Shown here in pieces: positions 30,855 to 39,663 of a DNA stretch of 64,000 nt (position 1 is the stretch's first letter; every line of letters starts with the position of its first letter). Source of the stretch: an uncultured bacterium (GTDB lineage: Bacteria > SAR324 > NAC60-12); NCBI GenBank assembly GCA_965662235.1, contig CBFIGY010000010.1, forward strand, positions 1-64,000, read 5' to 3'. The notes beneath the pieces were generated by a model. That model was not told the DNA's origin and made no database searches. It saw nothing but the letters and a program-made list of their open reading frames with translations. A program made the position numbers and the translations under genes.

Positions 30855-30883
30855 TTGACTCCCTGACGGGGAGGCTCTATTTT
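30855..30883 (+). promoter_or_regulatory. Sigma70-like promoter for rpsU
   Basis: TTGACT-N17-TATTTT upstream of rpsU. Confidence 0.5.
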
Positions 30884-30937
30884 AATTGATTTGCGTGACG
30901 AAAAGCCACTGAAGATTCAACCCGAATAAGATCCTCC

Positions 30938-31156
30938 ATGCCGATTACCATTGAAGTCCGGGACGGAAACCTCTCCAAGTCGATGATGCAGCTCAAGCGA
31001 ACCTTGATTCGAGAAGGGCTGTTTAAGGAAATCAAGAAGCGTAAGTTTTACGTGAAGCCGTCAGTGGCGAAGCGCCTCAAGCGGGAAAACGCGGAAAAGC
31101 AACGCAACAAGGACATCAAGCGCGAGATTCGCGCCGCCCTGAAAGCGGACTTCTGA
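30938..31156 (+). CDS. rpsU: 30S ribosomal protein S21
   Basis: 72-aa basic protein with LKR...EG...EIKKRKFYVKPS. Confidence 0.92.
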   Translation: MPITIEVRDGNLSKSMMQLKRTLIREGLFKEIKKRKFYVKPSVAKRLKRENAEKQRNKDIKREIRAALKADF

Positions 31157-31162
31157 GCAAGC

Positions 31163-31181
31163 GGGGGAGGGCCTCTCCCCC
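31163..31181. terminator. Hairpin between convergent rpsU and the selenoprotein gene
   Basis: GGGGGAG-GGCCT-CTCCCCC, a perfect 7-bp stem. Confidence 0.5.
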
Positions 31182-31187
31182 ACGGCT

Positions 31188-31406
31188 TCATTCCTTGAGG
31201 AGCTGAACGACCTCTCCGGGCTCCGGGAACCGTCCCTGCTGGTGTTTCGAGAACACCACCCTTCCTTCGTCTTTCACTTCAAACGCCCCCTTCGCACCAG
31301 GAATCAGTTCGGTTTCCACACCGAAGGTTTCCTGAATTTCTGCGGCCAAACTGGTCGCACGCGGCAGGTAGCTTCACATCACACAGTATTCAATGCTGAG
31401 CTTCAT
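31188..31406 (-). CDS. SelT/SelW/SelH (Rdx) family selenoprotein with in-frame UGA
   Basis: Translation MKLSIEYCVM-U-SYLPRATSLAAEIQETFGVETELIPGAKGAFEVKDEGRVVFSKHQQGRFPEPGEVVQLLKE. CxxU with TGA at 31376-31374; Rdx motifs G.FEV, VFSK and RFP lie after the UGA; selB is nearby. Confidence 0.9.
31341..31359 (-). promoter_or_regulatory. Putative bacterial SECIS apical hairpin
   Basis: mRNA UGCGACCA-GUU-UGGCCGCA: 8-position stem with one A/C mismatch, G first in the loop, loop 22 nt after the UGA. Confidence 0.65.
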
Positions 31407-32143
31407 CAGGCTCTCTCCTTTAAGGATTCAGGGATAGGATCGGCCGGAACGTCCCGCAACAGGCGTGCGGTGACCGCATCCGACTTCCGGGAAAACAAGG
31501 GACCACGGGGCTGCCGAACCGGGTTGGATCGGCGCAGTCGCGACGGCTGAGAGCGGGGGCTCCAGCGCTGCGGAAGCGACTCCAGCCACGTCCCCAGCGG
31601 GAGTGGCAGAAAGAGGATGGGGCTGAGGCGCATCAGGCACCACAGACCCACCAGCGCCACGCCGGTGAGGCTGACCCAGGGCATGGGGCTGTTCACAATC
31701 CACTCCCGTCCAATCTGACCGAGGTAGCCTTCCTGCCAGTGGAAGTTGATCGCTAGGGAACGGGCGGTTCCGAACATTCCATGCAGCATACTGGTGGAGG
31801 CCACCAGCAGAATCGTCAAGATGAGGCGGCTGTGCAGAAAGCTGTACTGCCGCGGCTCCAGCAGCAGCTTCCGGGACCGAGGCAGGCGCCACAGCAGCCA
31901 GCCGAGCAGAAAAGCCGACGTTCCAAACCACTCCAGCAGCGTCCCTGCGAACAGCGCTCCCACAATGCCCAACCAGTTGTGAATACCGTCTACCGGAGAG
32001 GCTTGGTGAAAGAGGGTTGGGTCCTGAAAGTGAGCACTGAACAGACTCATTGCCAGAAACAGTCCCCAAAGCCAATGTCCCCAGCGGCGTGGAACCGGCG
32101 GCGCTTCAGCGAGGGGGCCGTGATGAATGGAAGTGGGGTACAT
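31406..32143 (-). CDS. Membrane protein resembling the FtsK 4TM N-terminal domain, with no motor domain
   Basis: SLFS....DP.......I.NWLG.VGA..A..L...FG..AFLL and G..G motifs; ends in a basic Pro/Arg tail. Confidence 0.7.
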   Translation of the reverse strand: MYPTSIHHGPLAEAPPVPRRWGHWLWGLFLAMSLFSAHFQDPTLFHQASPVDGIHNWLGIVGALFAGTLLEWFGTSAFLLGWLLWRLPRSRKLLLEPRQYSFLHSRLILTILLVASTSMLHGMFGTARSLAINFHWQEGYLGQIGREWIVNSPMPWVSLTGVALVGLWCLMRLSPILFLPLPLGTWLESLPQRWSPRSQPSRLRRSNPVRQPRGPLFSRKSDAVTARLLRDVPADPIPESLKERA

Positions 32144-32145
32144 CG

Positions 32146-32646
32146 TCAGGAGTTGGAACGGGTGACAGCAGCCGTGACCACTTGCGCCACTGAGGGCAGC
32201 ACATACGTTTCAATGCTTTCTCCCAGAAACGCGAGCTCCCGGACCAGCGAGGAGCTGATCTGGAACCGTTCTGGGCGTCCGAACAGGCAGAAGGTTTCAA
32301 TTTCTGGAACAATGACCGCGTTTCCCAACGCCTGCTGCTGCTCCGGGTGAAAGTCGTCCACGCTCCGGAGACCCTTGACAATGGCGCACGCCTGCTTGCT
32401 CTGAGCATACCGAACCGTGGCGCCGGTGAACGAGTCAACGGTGACGTTTTCCAGCTGGTAGTGGTCAACGTAGGCCTGCATCATTTCCACACGTTCCTGC
32501 TGGGTGAACAGGTAGGCCTTGGTCGGATTTACCGCGGCGGCCCAGAAGACGTGGTCAAACTGCCGGGAGGCCCGGATCAGGATGTCCGCGTGTCCGAAGG
32601 TGGGCGGATTGGAGCTGATGGGATAGACCGCGATGTGGGAGGCCAT
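32146..32646 (-). CDS. coaD: Phosphopantetheine adenylyltransferase
   Basis: AVYP.S.NPPT.GH.DI, IVKGLR...DF and ISSSLVRELA. Confidence 0.92.
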   Translation of the reverse strand: MASHIAVYPISSNPPTFGHADILIRASRQFDHVFWAAAVNPTKAYLFTQQERVEMMQAYVDHYQLENVTVDSFTGATVRYAQSKQACAIVKGLRSVDDFHPEQQQALGNAVIVPEIETFCLFGRPERFQISSSLVRELAFLGESIETYVLPSVAQVVTAAVTRSNS

Positions 32647-32649
32647 GAG

Positions 32650-35406
32650 TCAAGACGATTGGGTTCGCGCCTGCTGCACCAAGTTGTGCAGGGTGGTGAG
32701 TGCTTGGAGTGGGGTCATTTGGTCGGGATCCAAGGACTTTAGGGTTTCCAGCCACTCGGGAGTCTCTGCAAACAGAGAGAGCTGTGCCGAAGCGGAAGCC
32801 GCAGCCGACCGAGTCCAGTCCGGTGCCGGCTCCTCGACCTGGGCCGGGCTCCGAGGGGGCAACGGCTGGGCGAGCTCAGGGAGACGGTGTCCCATGGAAG
32901 ACGCCTCCAGCTCCTGCATGACTTGCAGGGCGCGTTCCACAACCGGAGTCGGAATGCCTGCTAGGCGAGCAACCTGAACACCGTAGCTCTTGTTGGCCTC
33001 GCCAGCAACAATCTTCCGGACGAAGACGATTTCCTCTCCGTGTTCCTCGACGACAACGCTGAAGTTGGCCACTCCCTCAAGTTCCTCCGCTAGGGCGTTC
33101 AGCTCATGGTAGTGGGTCGCACAGAGCGTCAGGGCCCCGAGTTCATGAAGGTACTCCGCAATCGACCAAGCCAGGCTGATGCCATCGAAGGTGCTGGTCC
33201 CGCGGCCAATCTCGTCAAGTACGACCAGGCTCTGGGAAGTGGCTTGGTGCAAGATGGCGGCGGCTTCGTTCATTTCCACGAGAAAGGTGCTTTGGCCTTG
33301 ACTGAGGTTATCTGAGGCGCCAACCCGCGTAAAGATCCGATCCACCAAAACCAACTCGGCCTCCTCGGCGGCCACAAAGGATCCGGCCTGGGCCATCAGC
33401 ACATTGAGCGCGATCTGCCGCATGAAGGTGCTCTTGCCGGCCATGTTCGGACCTGTCAGCAGCATGAGGCGGCATCCGGAGGCCTCCAGCGCAATGTCGT
33501 TGGGCACAAAGGGTTCTCCCAGGCGGATGCTCTCAATGACGGGGTGCCGGGAGTGCCGCAGGCGGATGCTCCCCGGAGCCCCCAGCGGCTTCAGCTGCGG
33601 CCGGACGTACCGGTTCTGTTCAGCAACATGAGCAAGCCCTGCCAGAACATCGGTCTCAGCCACCAGCTGGGCAGCCTGTTGGATGCGGGCGGTTTCCGCA
33701 ATCATCCGGGACTTAAGCTCCTGAAACAGCTCCTGTTCCAAGCGACCAATGCGCTCTTCAGCGGTGAGGATTTTTTCCTCAAACTCCTTGAGCTCCGGAG
33801 TGATGTAACGCTCTGCATTGACCAGCGTCTGCTTGCGGATGTAGTGCTCAGGAACGGCGTCCTTGTGAGCGTTGCTGACCTCCAGGTAGTAGCCAAAGAC
33901 CTTGTTGTAGCTGATCTTCAGGGAGCTGATGCCGGTGGTGTCACGTTCTCGCTGCAGTACCCGGTTGAGGAACTCCTTGGAGTTGCGGGAAATTTCCCGG
34001 AGCTCATCCAGTTCCTCTGAAACCCCCTCTGCCATGTAGCCTCCCTCAGAAAGCCGGTGGGCAGGATGCTCTAGCAACTGTGTCTCTAGCAGCTCCAACA
34101 GATCCGTCAGCGGGTCGAACTCGGTCCCAATCGCCTGAAGCCGTGAGGCTTCAAGACGCTGGTAGAAGACGGGAAGCTGCTGCAGGGGCTCCAGCGACTC
34201 CCGGAGGCCAACAAGGTCTGGAATGCCTGCAACAGGCAGGCTGAGGCGTCCGATGAGCCGGGGCAGGTCCTGGACCGTCTTGAGCAGGTTGCGCAGCTCT
34301 TCTCGGAGGAGGAACTGACGGGAGAACTCTTCCACGGCGTCGTGGCGTTCAGCGATGGACGATGCCTGCAGCAGCGGACGTCGCAGCCAGTGCCGCAGGA
34401 GGCGGGCGCCCATGGGGGTAACGGTCTGGTCGAGGACGTGAAAGAGCGTGTGCCGTTTTTGTCCAGATTGGGCCTCAAACAGCTCGAGGTTCCGGAGGGT
34501 GGTCTCATCAAGGAGCATGGCCTGCTCCACCGCATGCAGCCGAATCGACGTCAGGTGCGTGAGGTCGCACATCTGCGTGTCCTCAAGGTAGCGCAGAACG
34601 GCTCCTGCGGCCCGGAGGCCATGGGGAAAGTCCTCAATGCCAAAACCGGCCAGGTTGAGCGTCTTGAAGTGCCGGCACAGGTTGCGATGCGCGGCTTCTT
34701 CGTCGAAGTGATAGGGGTCAATGAGCTGGCAGCGGCCCGGGCTGGCTTCCGGACTGGACGAGGCCTCTGCAAGGTGAGGCGACACCTGGTCCAGCAGCTG
34801 AGCGAGGCGCTGTGTGAGGGCTTCCAAAAATTCCGACTCTGCGGTGGAGCGACTCTGCGGCAGCAGGATCTCCTGAGGGTCCAACTGAACGAGGAAGTCA
34901 TAAAATCGGGGCAACTGGCTGAGCGCAAACTCACACAGCTCATACTCCCCGGTGGAGACGTCCGCAAAGGCGACTCCGAGCTTCTGGGCCTTGAGGTCAA
35001 CCGCAGCCGCAAGGAGGTAGTTGTTGCGGTCTGGGTCAATGAGCTGAGGCGACACCGTTGTGCCAGGGGTGACAATCCGGACGACCTCTCGGTTGACGAT
35101 CTTGCCGGTGGCCTGGGCAGGGTCCTCGGTCTGATCGCAGATGGCCACCTTGTAGCCTGCTGCAGTCAGCTTGTTGAGGTACTGCTCATAGGCCCGCACC
35201 GGGACCCCGCACATGGGCAATGCGCCTTCCTTCTTCTTGTCCCGAGACGTCAGGGCAATCTGCAGCACCCGTGCGCCAATCACCGCGTCTTCCCCAAACA
35301 TCTCAAAGAAGTCCCCCATCCGGAAGAAGAGGATCTTGTCCGGATGCTGACGCTTGGCGTCTTGGAACTGACGCATCATCGGCGTCTCAGTGGGCGGTGC
35401 GCTCAT
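32650..35406 (-). CDS. mutS: DNA mismatch repair protein MutS
   Basis: TPMMRQF, FFRMGDFFEMF, TGPNMAGKSTFMRQ, STFLVEM, DEIGRGTST, ATHYHEL and SYGVQVARLAG. Confidence 0.97.
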   Translation of the reverse strand: MSAPPTETPMMRQFQDAKRQHPDKILFFRMGDFFEMFGEDAVIGARVLQIALTSRDKKKEGALPMCGVPVRAYEQYLNKLTAAGYKVAICDQTEDPAQATGKIVNREVVRIVTPGTTVSPQLIDPDRNNYLLAAAVDLKAQKLGVAFADVSTGEYELCEFALSQLPRFYDFLVQLDPQEILLPQSRSTAESEFLEALTQRLAQLLDQVSPHLAEASSSPEASPGRCQLIDPYHFDEEAAHRNLCRHFKTLNLAGFGIEDFPHGLRAAGAVLRYLEDTQMCDLTHLTSIRLHAVEQAMLLDETTLRNLELFEAQSGQKRHTLFHVLDQTVTPMGARLLRHWLRRPLLQASSIAERHDAVEEFSRQFLLREELRNLLKTVQDLPRLIGRLSLPVAGIPDLVGLRESLEPLQQLPVFYQRLEASRLQAIGTEFDPLTDLLELLETQLLEHPAHRLSEGGYMAEGVSEELDELREISRNSKEFLNRVLQRERDTTGISSLKISYNKVFGYYLEVSNAHKDAVPEHYIRKQTLVNAERYITPELKEFEEKILTAEERIGRLEQELFQELKSRMIAETARIQQAAQLVAETDVLAGLAHVAEQNRYVRPQLKPLGAPGSIRLRHSRHPVIESIRLGEPFVPNDIALEASGCRLMLLTGPNMAGKSTFMRQIALNVLMAQAGSFVAAEEAELVLVDRIFTRVGASDNLSQGQSTFLVEMNEAAAILHQATSQSLVVLDEIGRGTSTFDGISLAWSIAEYLHELGALTLCATHYHELNALAEELEGVANFSVVVEEHGEEIVFVRKIVAGEANKSYGVQVARLAGIPTPVVERALQVMQELEASSMGHRLPELAQPLPPRSPAQVEEPAPDWTRSAAASASAQLSLFAETPEWLETLKSLDPDQMTPLQALTTLHNLVQQARTQSS

Positions 35407-35560
35407 TGGGTTCGGATCGAGAGTGGGGTACGTGACATCAGCAAGCCCCTAGCTTAGGTGACTCCACACAACACTCAAGCCCTTCCCCTGCTCCGAATGG
35501 AGACAGAGAAACGCCTGCTGCAAGCAGGTGAAGGACGCCGTATTTCGTCCGGAGCGTCGC

Positions 35561-35591
35561 TTGACATTTATTAAAAACAGGGCCATAAATT
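35561..35591 (+). promoter_or_regulatory. Possible sigma70 promoter in an AT-rich intergenic region
   Basis: TTGACA at 35561, then CATAAA/TAAATT 17-19 bp downstream. Confidence 0.4.
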
Positions 35592-35654
35592 TACCACGTC
35601 TTTACATATCTATATGATATATTTGTTATTATCCATGGAGAATTTTTTCGCGAT

Positions 35655-36563
35655 TTGCCATTGCTAAAGCCGTTTCTATTAAAATCATTTTCCTTACTGG
35701 TGTTGGTGCTCATTCAGCCCGTTCTACCGCAGGCGGCCTGTTACTTCATCCCGGCAGCCCCGGAGGTAGAGCAGTTGGCTCAACTGGAGCAGTGGGGGCG
35801 CTCCTTGCTCAATGAGTTTGTGGCACCCATCAAACCGTTGCCCAGCGCGGGCATTTCTAACCGGGAACTGGAGACGGAGTGTCACTTCGACGTTCGGTTG
35901 GACCCGTCTTCCCCAATGTCTCTGTCGCTGGTTGCCCGCAACGCTCCAGTGGGCATTGACGGAGTGGAGGAGCTGAGCGCCTTCAATCCCGCCAACGTGG
36001 AGCAGGCGCTGCTGCGGATCATTTGGAACGCGAACCCGGAACAGCAGGAACCGATCTGTCGCAAGTACGCGGAGCGGCTTCGGCAGCAGTGTGGCGGCAC
36101 CCGACCGATTCAGGTGCTTTCGGTGCTGCGGCAGCCTGAGCTTCAGGAGGCAGAAAGCGTGGTCTGGGGGGAGTTGGAGGCACTGGCTCCACGAGTCAAG
36201 GGGGTGACGGTGGTTTCAGAACGGATTCGCCTGCAAGCAGAGGAGCCCTGGGAAGCGAAGCTCAATCCACAAACGGAGGGGGTGATTCTCTTTGAGCTAG
36301 AGGGAGACCGCCTGAAGCAGCCTTCCTCGATGTGGGCCGGCTTTGTGGACATTCAGGTCGAGCTCAGCCTCTGGCGCAAGCAGGAGGCGACCTGGCAGAA
36401 CGTGGGCGCCTTTGCTTCAGACCCGCAACGCATGCCGATCCGGAAGTGGAGCGAGCGAGACTCAGCTTGGGAAAAGCACTTTGGAAAAGCCGCAAAGAAG
36501 CTCATCAGCAAGTGGGATGAGCGGAGTTTACTAGAAACCTTTCAACGCCTAACTGCCCCATGA
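35655..36563 (+). CDS. Exported hypothetical protein
   Basis: Signal-peptide-like N-terminus, 302 aa, 4 Cys. ATGA overlap with the TlpA-like gene. Confidence 0.7.
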   Translation: MPLLKPFLLKSFSLLVLVLIQPVLPQAACYFIPAAPEVEQLAQLEQWGRSLLNEFVAPIKPLPSAGISNRELETECHFDVRLDPSSPMSLSLVARNAPVGIDGVEELSAFNPANVEQALLRIIWNANPEQQEPICRKYAERLRQQCGGTRPIQVLSVLRQPELQEAESVVWGELEALAPRVKGVTVVSERIRLQAEEPWEAKLNPQTEGVILFELEGDRLKQPSSMWAGFVDIQVELSLWRKQEATWQNVGAFASDPQRMPIRKWSERDSAWEKHFGKAAKKLISKWDERSLLETFQRLTAP

Positions 36564-37027
36564 AGTTCCTCATGCCCCTGTTGCTCCTTCTGCTCAGTCT
36601 GCCCCTGCAGGCGGCAGAGGTTCCAAACTTCTGGATCCGGAACCTGGAAGGAGAGCGTTTTGACACGCGCAACCTACAGGGACGTCCCTTTGTGGCGAGC
36701 TTCTTTTTTGTCGCCTGTGTCCCCTGTCGGAAGGAAATTCCGGAGCTGCATGCCTTCATGACCAAGGAGCACCCGGACGTGCCTCTGCTGTTCATTAACC
36801 CCATCAAGGAGGACAGCGAAGCAGACATTGCTCGCTTCGCCGAGACCCTAGGAGTTCCCAAGTCTTACTTTTACCGAGACAGCTTCAGTGCCGTCAGCCG
36901 AAAGTTCTTCAGCCGGGAGAAGATCGGCTTCCCCACGATCATCGGCGGGCAGAACGGCCAGCAGCTGTTTCGTTTCCCGGGCCTTCCTGAGGGCGCCCTG
37001 GCCACCATCCGCAAGGAACTAAAATGA
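36560..37027 (+). CDS. TlpA/ResA-like periplasmic thioredoxin
   Basis: Signal peptide, FF..ACVPCRKEIP.L (CxxC) and cis-Pro motif GFPT. Confidence 0.85.
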   Translation: MKFLMPLLLLLLSLPLQAAEVPNFWIRNLEGERFDTRNLQGRPFVASFFFVACVPCRKEIPELHAFMTKEHPDVPLLFINPIKEDSEADIARFAETLGVPKSYFYRDSFSAVSRKFFSREKIGFPTIIGGQNGQQLFRFPGLPEGALATIRKELK

Positions 37028-38184
37028 AGAAGCTTATCATCGTGCTGGGCCTCTGGCTCCTTCCACTGGGAGTATGGGCTCAGAAGCCTCCGGCGGGTTT
37101 GGCCCCCATGGGCGCTTTGGGGGATTTCTCTGAAATGGAGAAGACCATCCTGTTCAACTCGTTGCAGGAGTACCTTTCGACCCATTACGCCCTTGCCTCT
37201 CAGAAGGCTTTTGAACAGGCTCAGGATGCTGCGTTTGAGGAACTCGATTATGAGGAATGCACAGAGGATCAGTGCTTTGCGGTCATTCAACAGATTCTGC
37301 AGGTGGATAACCTGTTCCTCTTCAATGTTACCCGAGAGGGCACTTTTACGCAGCTTTCGCTGACGGCTGTGAACCTCGACAGCGAGCGACTGGTCCGGAC
37401 GGCCGTGTGTGACCAGTGTGGCATTGGCGAGTTGAACGCCCAAGTGGAGGGCATGGTGCTCAAAATTGTGGAAGCAACTCAACCCGCCTCAGTTGCTGCC
37501 AGTGAATCCGTAGCGCCTGCAGGAACCCGGACGGATGCTGCGGCAGGAACCCCGGAGCCAGCGTCACCACCGGAGCCGGAACCTGTTGCTGAAAAACCCT
37601 CCTCCGCGCCGGAGCCTGTGGTACAGGCAGATCAACCCGCCTCAGTTGCCGCCAGTGAATCCGTAGCGCCTGCAGGAACCCAGACGGATGCTGCGGCAGG
37701 GACACCGGAGCCAGCGTCACCACCGGAACCTGTTGCTGAAAAACCCTCCCCTATGCCGGAGCCTGTGGTACAGGCAGAGCCGGAGCCCGAACCAGAGGTC
37801 CGTACGTCTCAATCGTCGGGCTCCAATTGGATCTGGCACGCTGTAACCTTGGGCGTTACAGGAGTCGCGATGCTACAGGCAAAGAGTGCCGCAGATGATT
37901 ACAACACCCTCTCCAGCCGCAATAAAGAACTCGCCAGCCTCTATGCCAGCAACCCAAGTGCGAGCTACAGCGCCGAGTACACTAGCAACCAAAGCGAAAT
38001 GAAGTCTCTCAAGTCTTCTGCAGAAACGTATGACCTGATCACTTACATCGGCTTGGGCGTGGAGGTGTACCTGTTGCTCTTTACCGGTTCTGGAGACGAG
38101 ACCGCCTATCAGCCCAATTCGCGACCCATGCGGGTCCTCGCGACCAACGATTCCTTCAAGGTGAGATTCCAATGGCAGTTTTAA
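37024..38184 (+). CDS. Exported protein: Cys-containing N-domain, duplicated Pro/Ala linker, C-terminal membrane anchor
   Basis: Signal peptide; ECTEDQC and CDQC; 51-aa tandem repeat; two hydrophobic segments; ends FKVRFQWQF. Confidence 0.75.
   Translation: MKKLIIVLGLWLLPLGVWAQKPPAGLAPMGALGDFSEMEKTILFNSLQEYLSTHYALASQKAFEQAQDAAFEELDYEECTEDQCFAVIQQILQVDNLFLFNVTREGTFTQLSLTAVNLDSERLVRTAVCDQCGIGELNAQVEGMVLKIVEATQPASVAASESVAPAGTRTDAAAGTPEPASPPEPEPVAEKPSSAPEPVVQADQPASVAASESVAPAGTQTDAAAGTPEPASPPEPVAEKPSPMPEPVVQAEPEPEPEVRTSQSSGSNWIWHAVTLGVTGVAMLQAKSAADDYNTLSSRNKELASLYASNPSASYSAEYTSNQSEMKSLKSSAETYDLITYIGLGVEVYLLLFTGSGDETAYQPNSRPMRVLATNDSFKVRFQWQF
37479..37778 (+). repeat. Near-perfect intragenic tandem duplication (153 bp + 147 bp)
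   Basis: TCAACCCGCCTCAGTTGC...GTGGTACAGGCAGA starts at 37479 and again at 37632. The second copy lacks 6 bp and has a few substitutions. Confidence 0.95.
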
Positions 38185-38693
38185 AAACCAGCGCCCTTCT
38201 GCTGAGCAGCCTCCTTTTCTTGGGGTGCGGATCTCAAACCCTTGAGGATGAAGGATTGGAGAGCAAGACGATCGAAGAAGCGGCCTCCACAAGTACTGGA
38301 AGCACAGGTTCGGGGGGTACAAGCAGTACGGAGTTTACTGTAGTAAGTACAACGCCTGCAGATGGCGCAACCAACGTTTCTACCAACACTCAGATCTCTC
38401 TGACTTTCAGTGATGATCTGGGCCTCTATGGTGCAGGAACCTCCACGACATGTTCTGAGCAGGTCTTTCAACTTTCTACAGATAATTTTTCTAGCTGTAT
38501 TGGTTGGGACTACAGCAGTGGGTATTTTTATACAGTGAATGGTTCAACCATTACTCTGGAGACTCCAACATTGAGTGCCAGCACCACTTACCAGTTGAAG
38601 GTTGTGCCATCTGCGAGCAGTGGGCAATTGACACTGACATCCCTAAGCAGCATCCCAGTTACTTCCTCCACAATCTCTTTCACCACTCAGTAG
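38172..38693 (+). CDS. Lipoprotein with a bacterial Ig-like (Big_5/SbsA-type) domain
   Basis: Lipobox FLGC, Ser/Thr/Gly linker, VVSTTPADGATNVSTNTQISLTFS...L...TTYQLKV...SFTT. Confidence 0.8.
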   Translation: MAVLKTSALLLSSLLFLGCGSQTLEDEGLESKTIEEAASTSTGSTGSGGTSSTEFTVVSTTPADGATNVSTNTQISLTFSDDLGLYGAGTSTTCSEQVFQLSTDNFSSCIGWDYSSGYFYTVNGSTITLETPTLSASTTYQLKVVPSASSGQLTLTSLSSIPVTSSTISFTTQ

Positions 38694-38805
38694 TTCCTGC
38701 ATCGTGCCGTTTTCGTAGCATTGCGGCAAAAGGGTGGCTATGCTGCCGGAGGGTGGGGGGCCATCAAGGTGGCGCCCCTTGTTCAGCACTCAGCAGAGCC
38801 TACTC

Positions 38806-39663
38806 ATGCCTCCTCTCTACCAACGGCTGGTTTCCTCAGACTCCTCGCTGGTGGTGTACGACAACCCCGGCCCGCGCTTTGATGGGGTCTATCACTACCA
38901 TCCTGAGTTTGAGCTGAGCCTCATCTGCAACACCAAGGGCCTGGCGGCTGTGGGAGAGAACATCCACCCCATCTCGCCTGGGGACATGATCCTGATGGGC
39001 CCGAACATTCCACATTACTGGAACAACGATGGGATGGAGCTGGAGGGAGCGCCGTCTCGGATCATGCTGGTGTTCAAGTTCACCGAACACTTTCTGGGGA
39101 AGGGGTTTCTTGAGCTTCCGGAGAGCCGCAAGCTGAACGAGTTTCTGCGCAAGGCAGCACAGGGCATCCGTTTTCTGGAGCCCGTCAGCAGTCGGGTACG
39201 GGAGCTGATGCTGGAGATTGAGGGCATTCCACCGGGGCTGCTGCGGCTTTCCCGGTTTCTGGAGCTGCTGAGCCTGGTCACCGAAACCGAGCAGCTGGAG
39301 ACGCTTTCGGGGCATCCGACGGGGTTTCGGGGAAATGCGGTGCAAAACGAGCGCATTGACCAGGTTTACAAGTACGTGATGAAGCACAATGCCGAGTCCA
39401 TCTCCCTGACGGAGGTTGCCGAGCACATCCACATGAGTCCGGAGGCGTTCTGCCGTTTCTTCAAACGGAGCACGGGCAACACCCTCAATGAGTTCATTCA
39501 GAAAACCCGGATTGCCCGGATCTGCCACGAGTTGATGGAGAGCGAGGCTGGCATCACGGACATTGCTTACGAGCACGGGTTCAACAACCTCTCCAACTTC
39601 AACCGTCAGTTCCGCAAGCACATGAACCTGACCCCGCGAGAGTACCGCAAGCTCTTTCAGTAG
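38806..39663 (+). CDS. AraC-family transcriptional regulator
   Basis: Cupin HYHPEFEL...PHYW plus HTH FCRFFKR...GFNNLSNFNRQFRK...TPREYR. Start at 38806 or 38734. Confidence 0.93.
   Translation: MPPLYQRLVSSDSSLVVYDNPGPRFDGVYHYHPEFELSLICNTKGLAAVGENIHPISPGDMILMGPNIPHYWNNDGMELEGAPSRIMLVFKFTEHFLGKGFLELPESRKLNEFLRKAAQGIRFLEPVSSRVRELMLEIEGIPPGLLRLSRFLELLSLVTETEQLETLSGHPTGFRGNAVQNERIDQVYKYVMKHNAESISLTEVAEHIHMSPEAFCRFFKRSTGNTLNEFIQKTRIARICHELMESEAGITDIAYEHGFNNLSNFNRQFRKHMNLTPREYRKLFQ

Noticed and set aside
26086..31406. tRNA-Sec (selC), selA or selD near selB
   Set aside because: The intergenic gaps are short or occupied, and no cloverleaf with a UCA anticodon or SelA/SelD motifs was seen.
31242..31550. 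102-aa plus-strand ORF in the track
   Set aside because: It is the antisense shadow of the selenoprotein gene and of the end of the FtsK-4TM-like gene.
35410..35700. AT-rich patch next to mutS as a genomic island or att boundary
   Set aside because: No integrase, tRNA, transposase or flanking direct repeat was found. A divergent promoter region explains it.
36560..37027. TlpA-like protein (and the SseA rhodanese) as further selenoproteins
   Set aside because: Their active-site codons are ordinary Cys (TGT), and there is no in-frame UGA.
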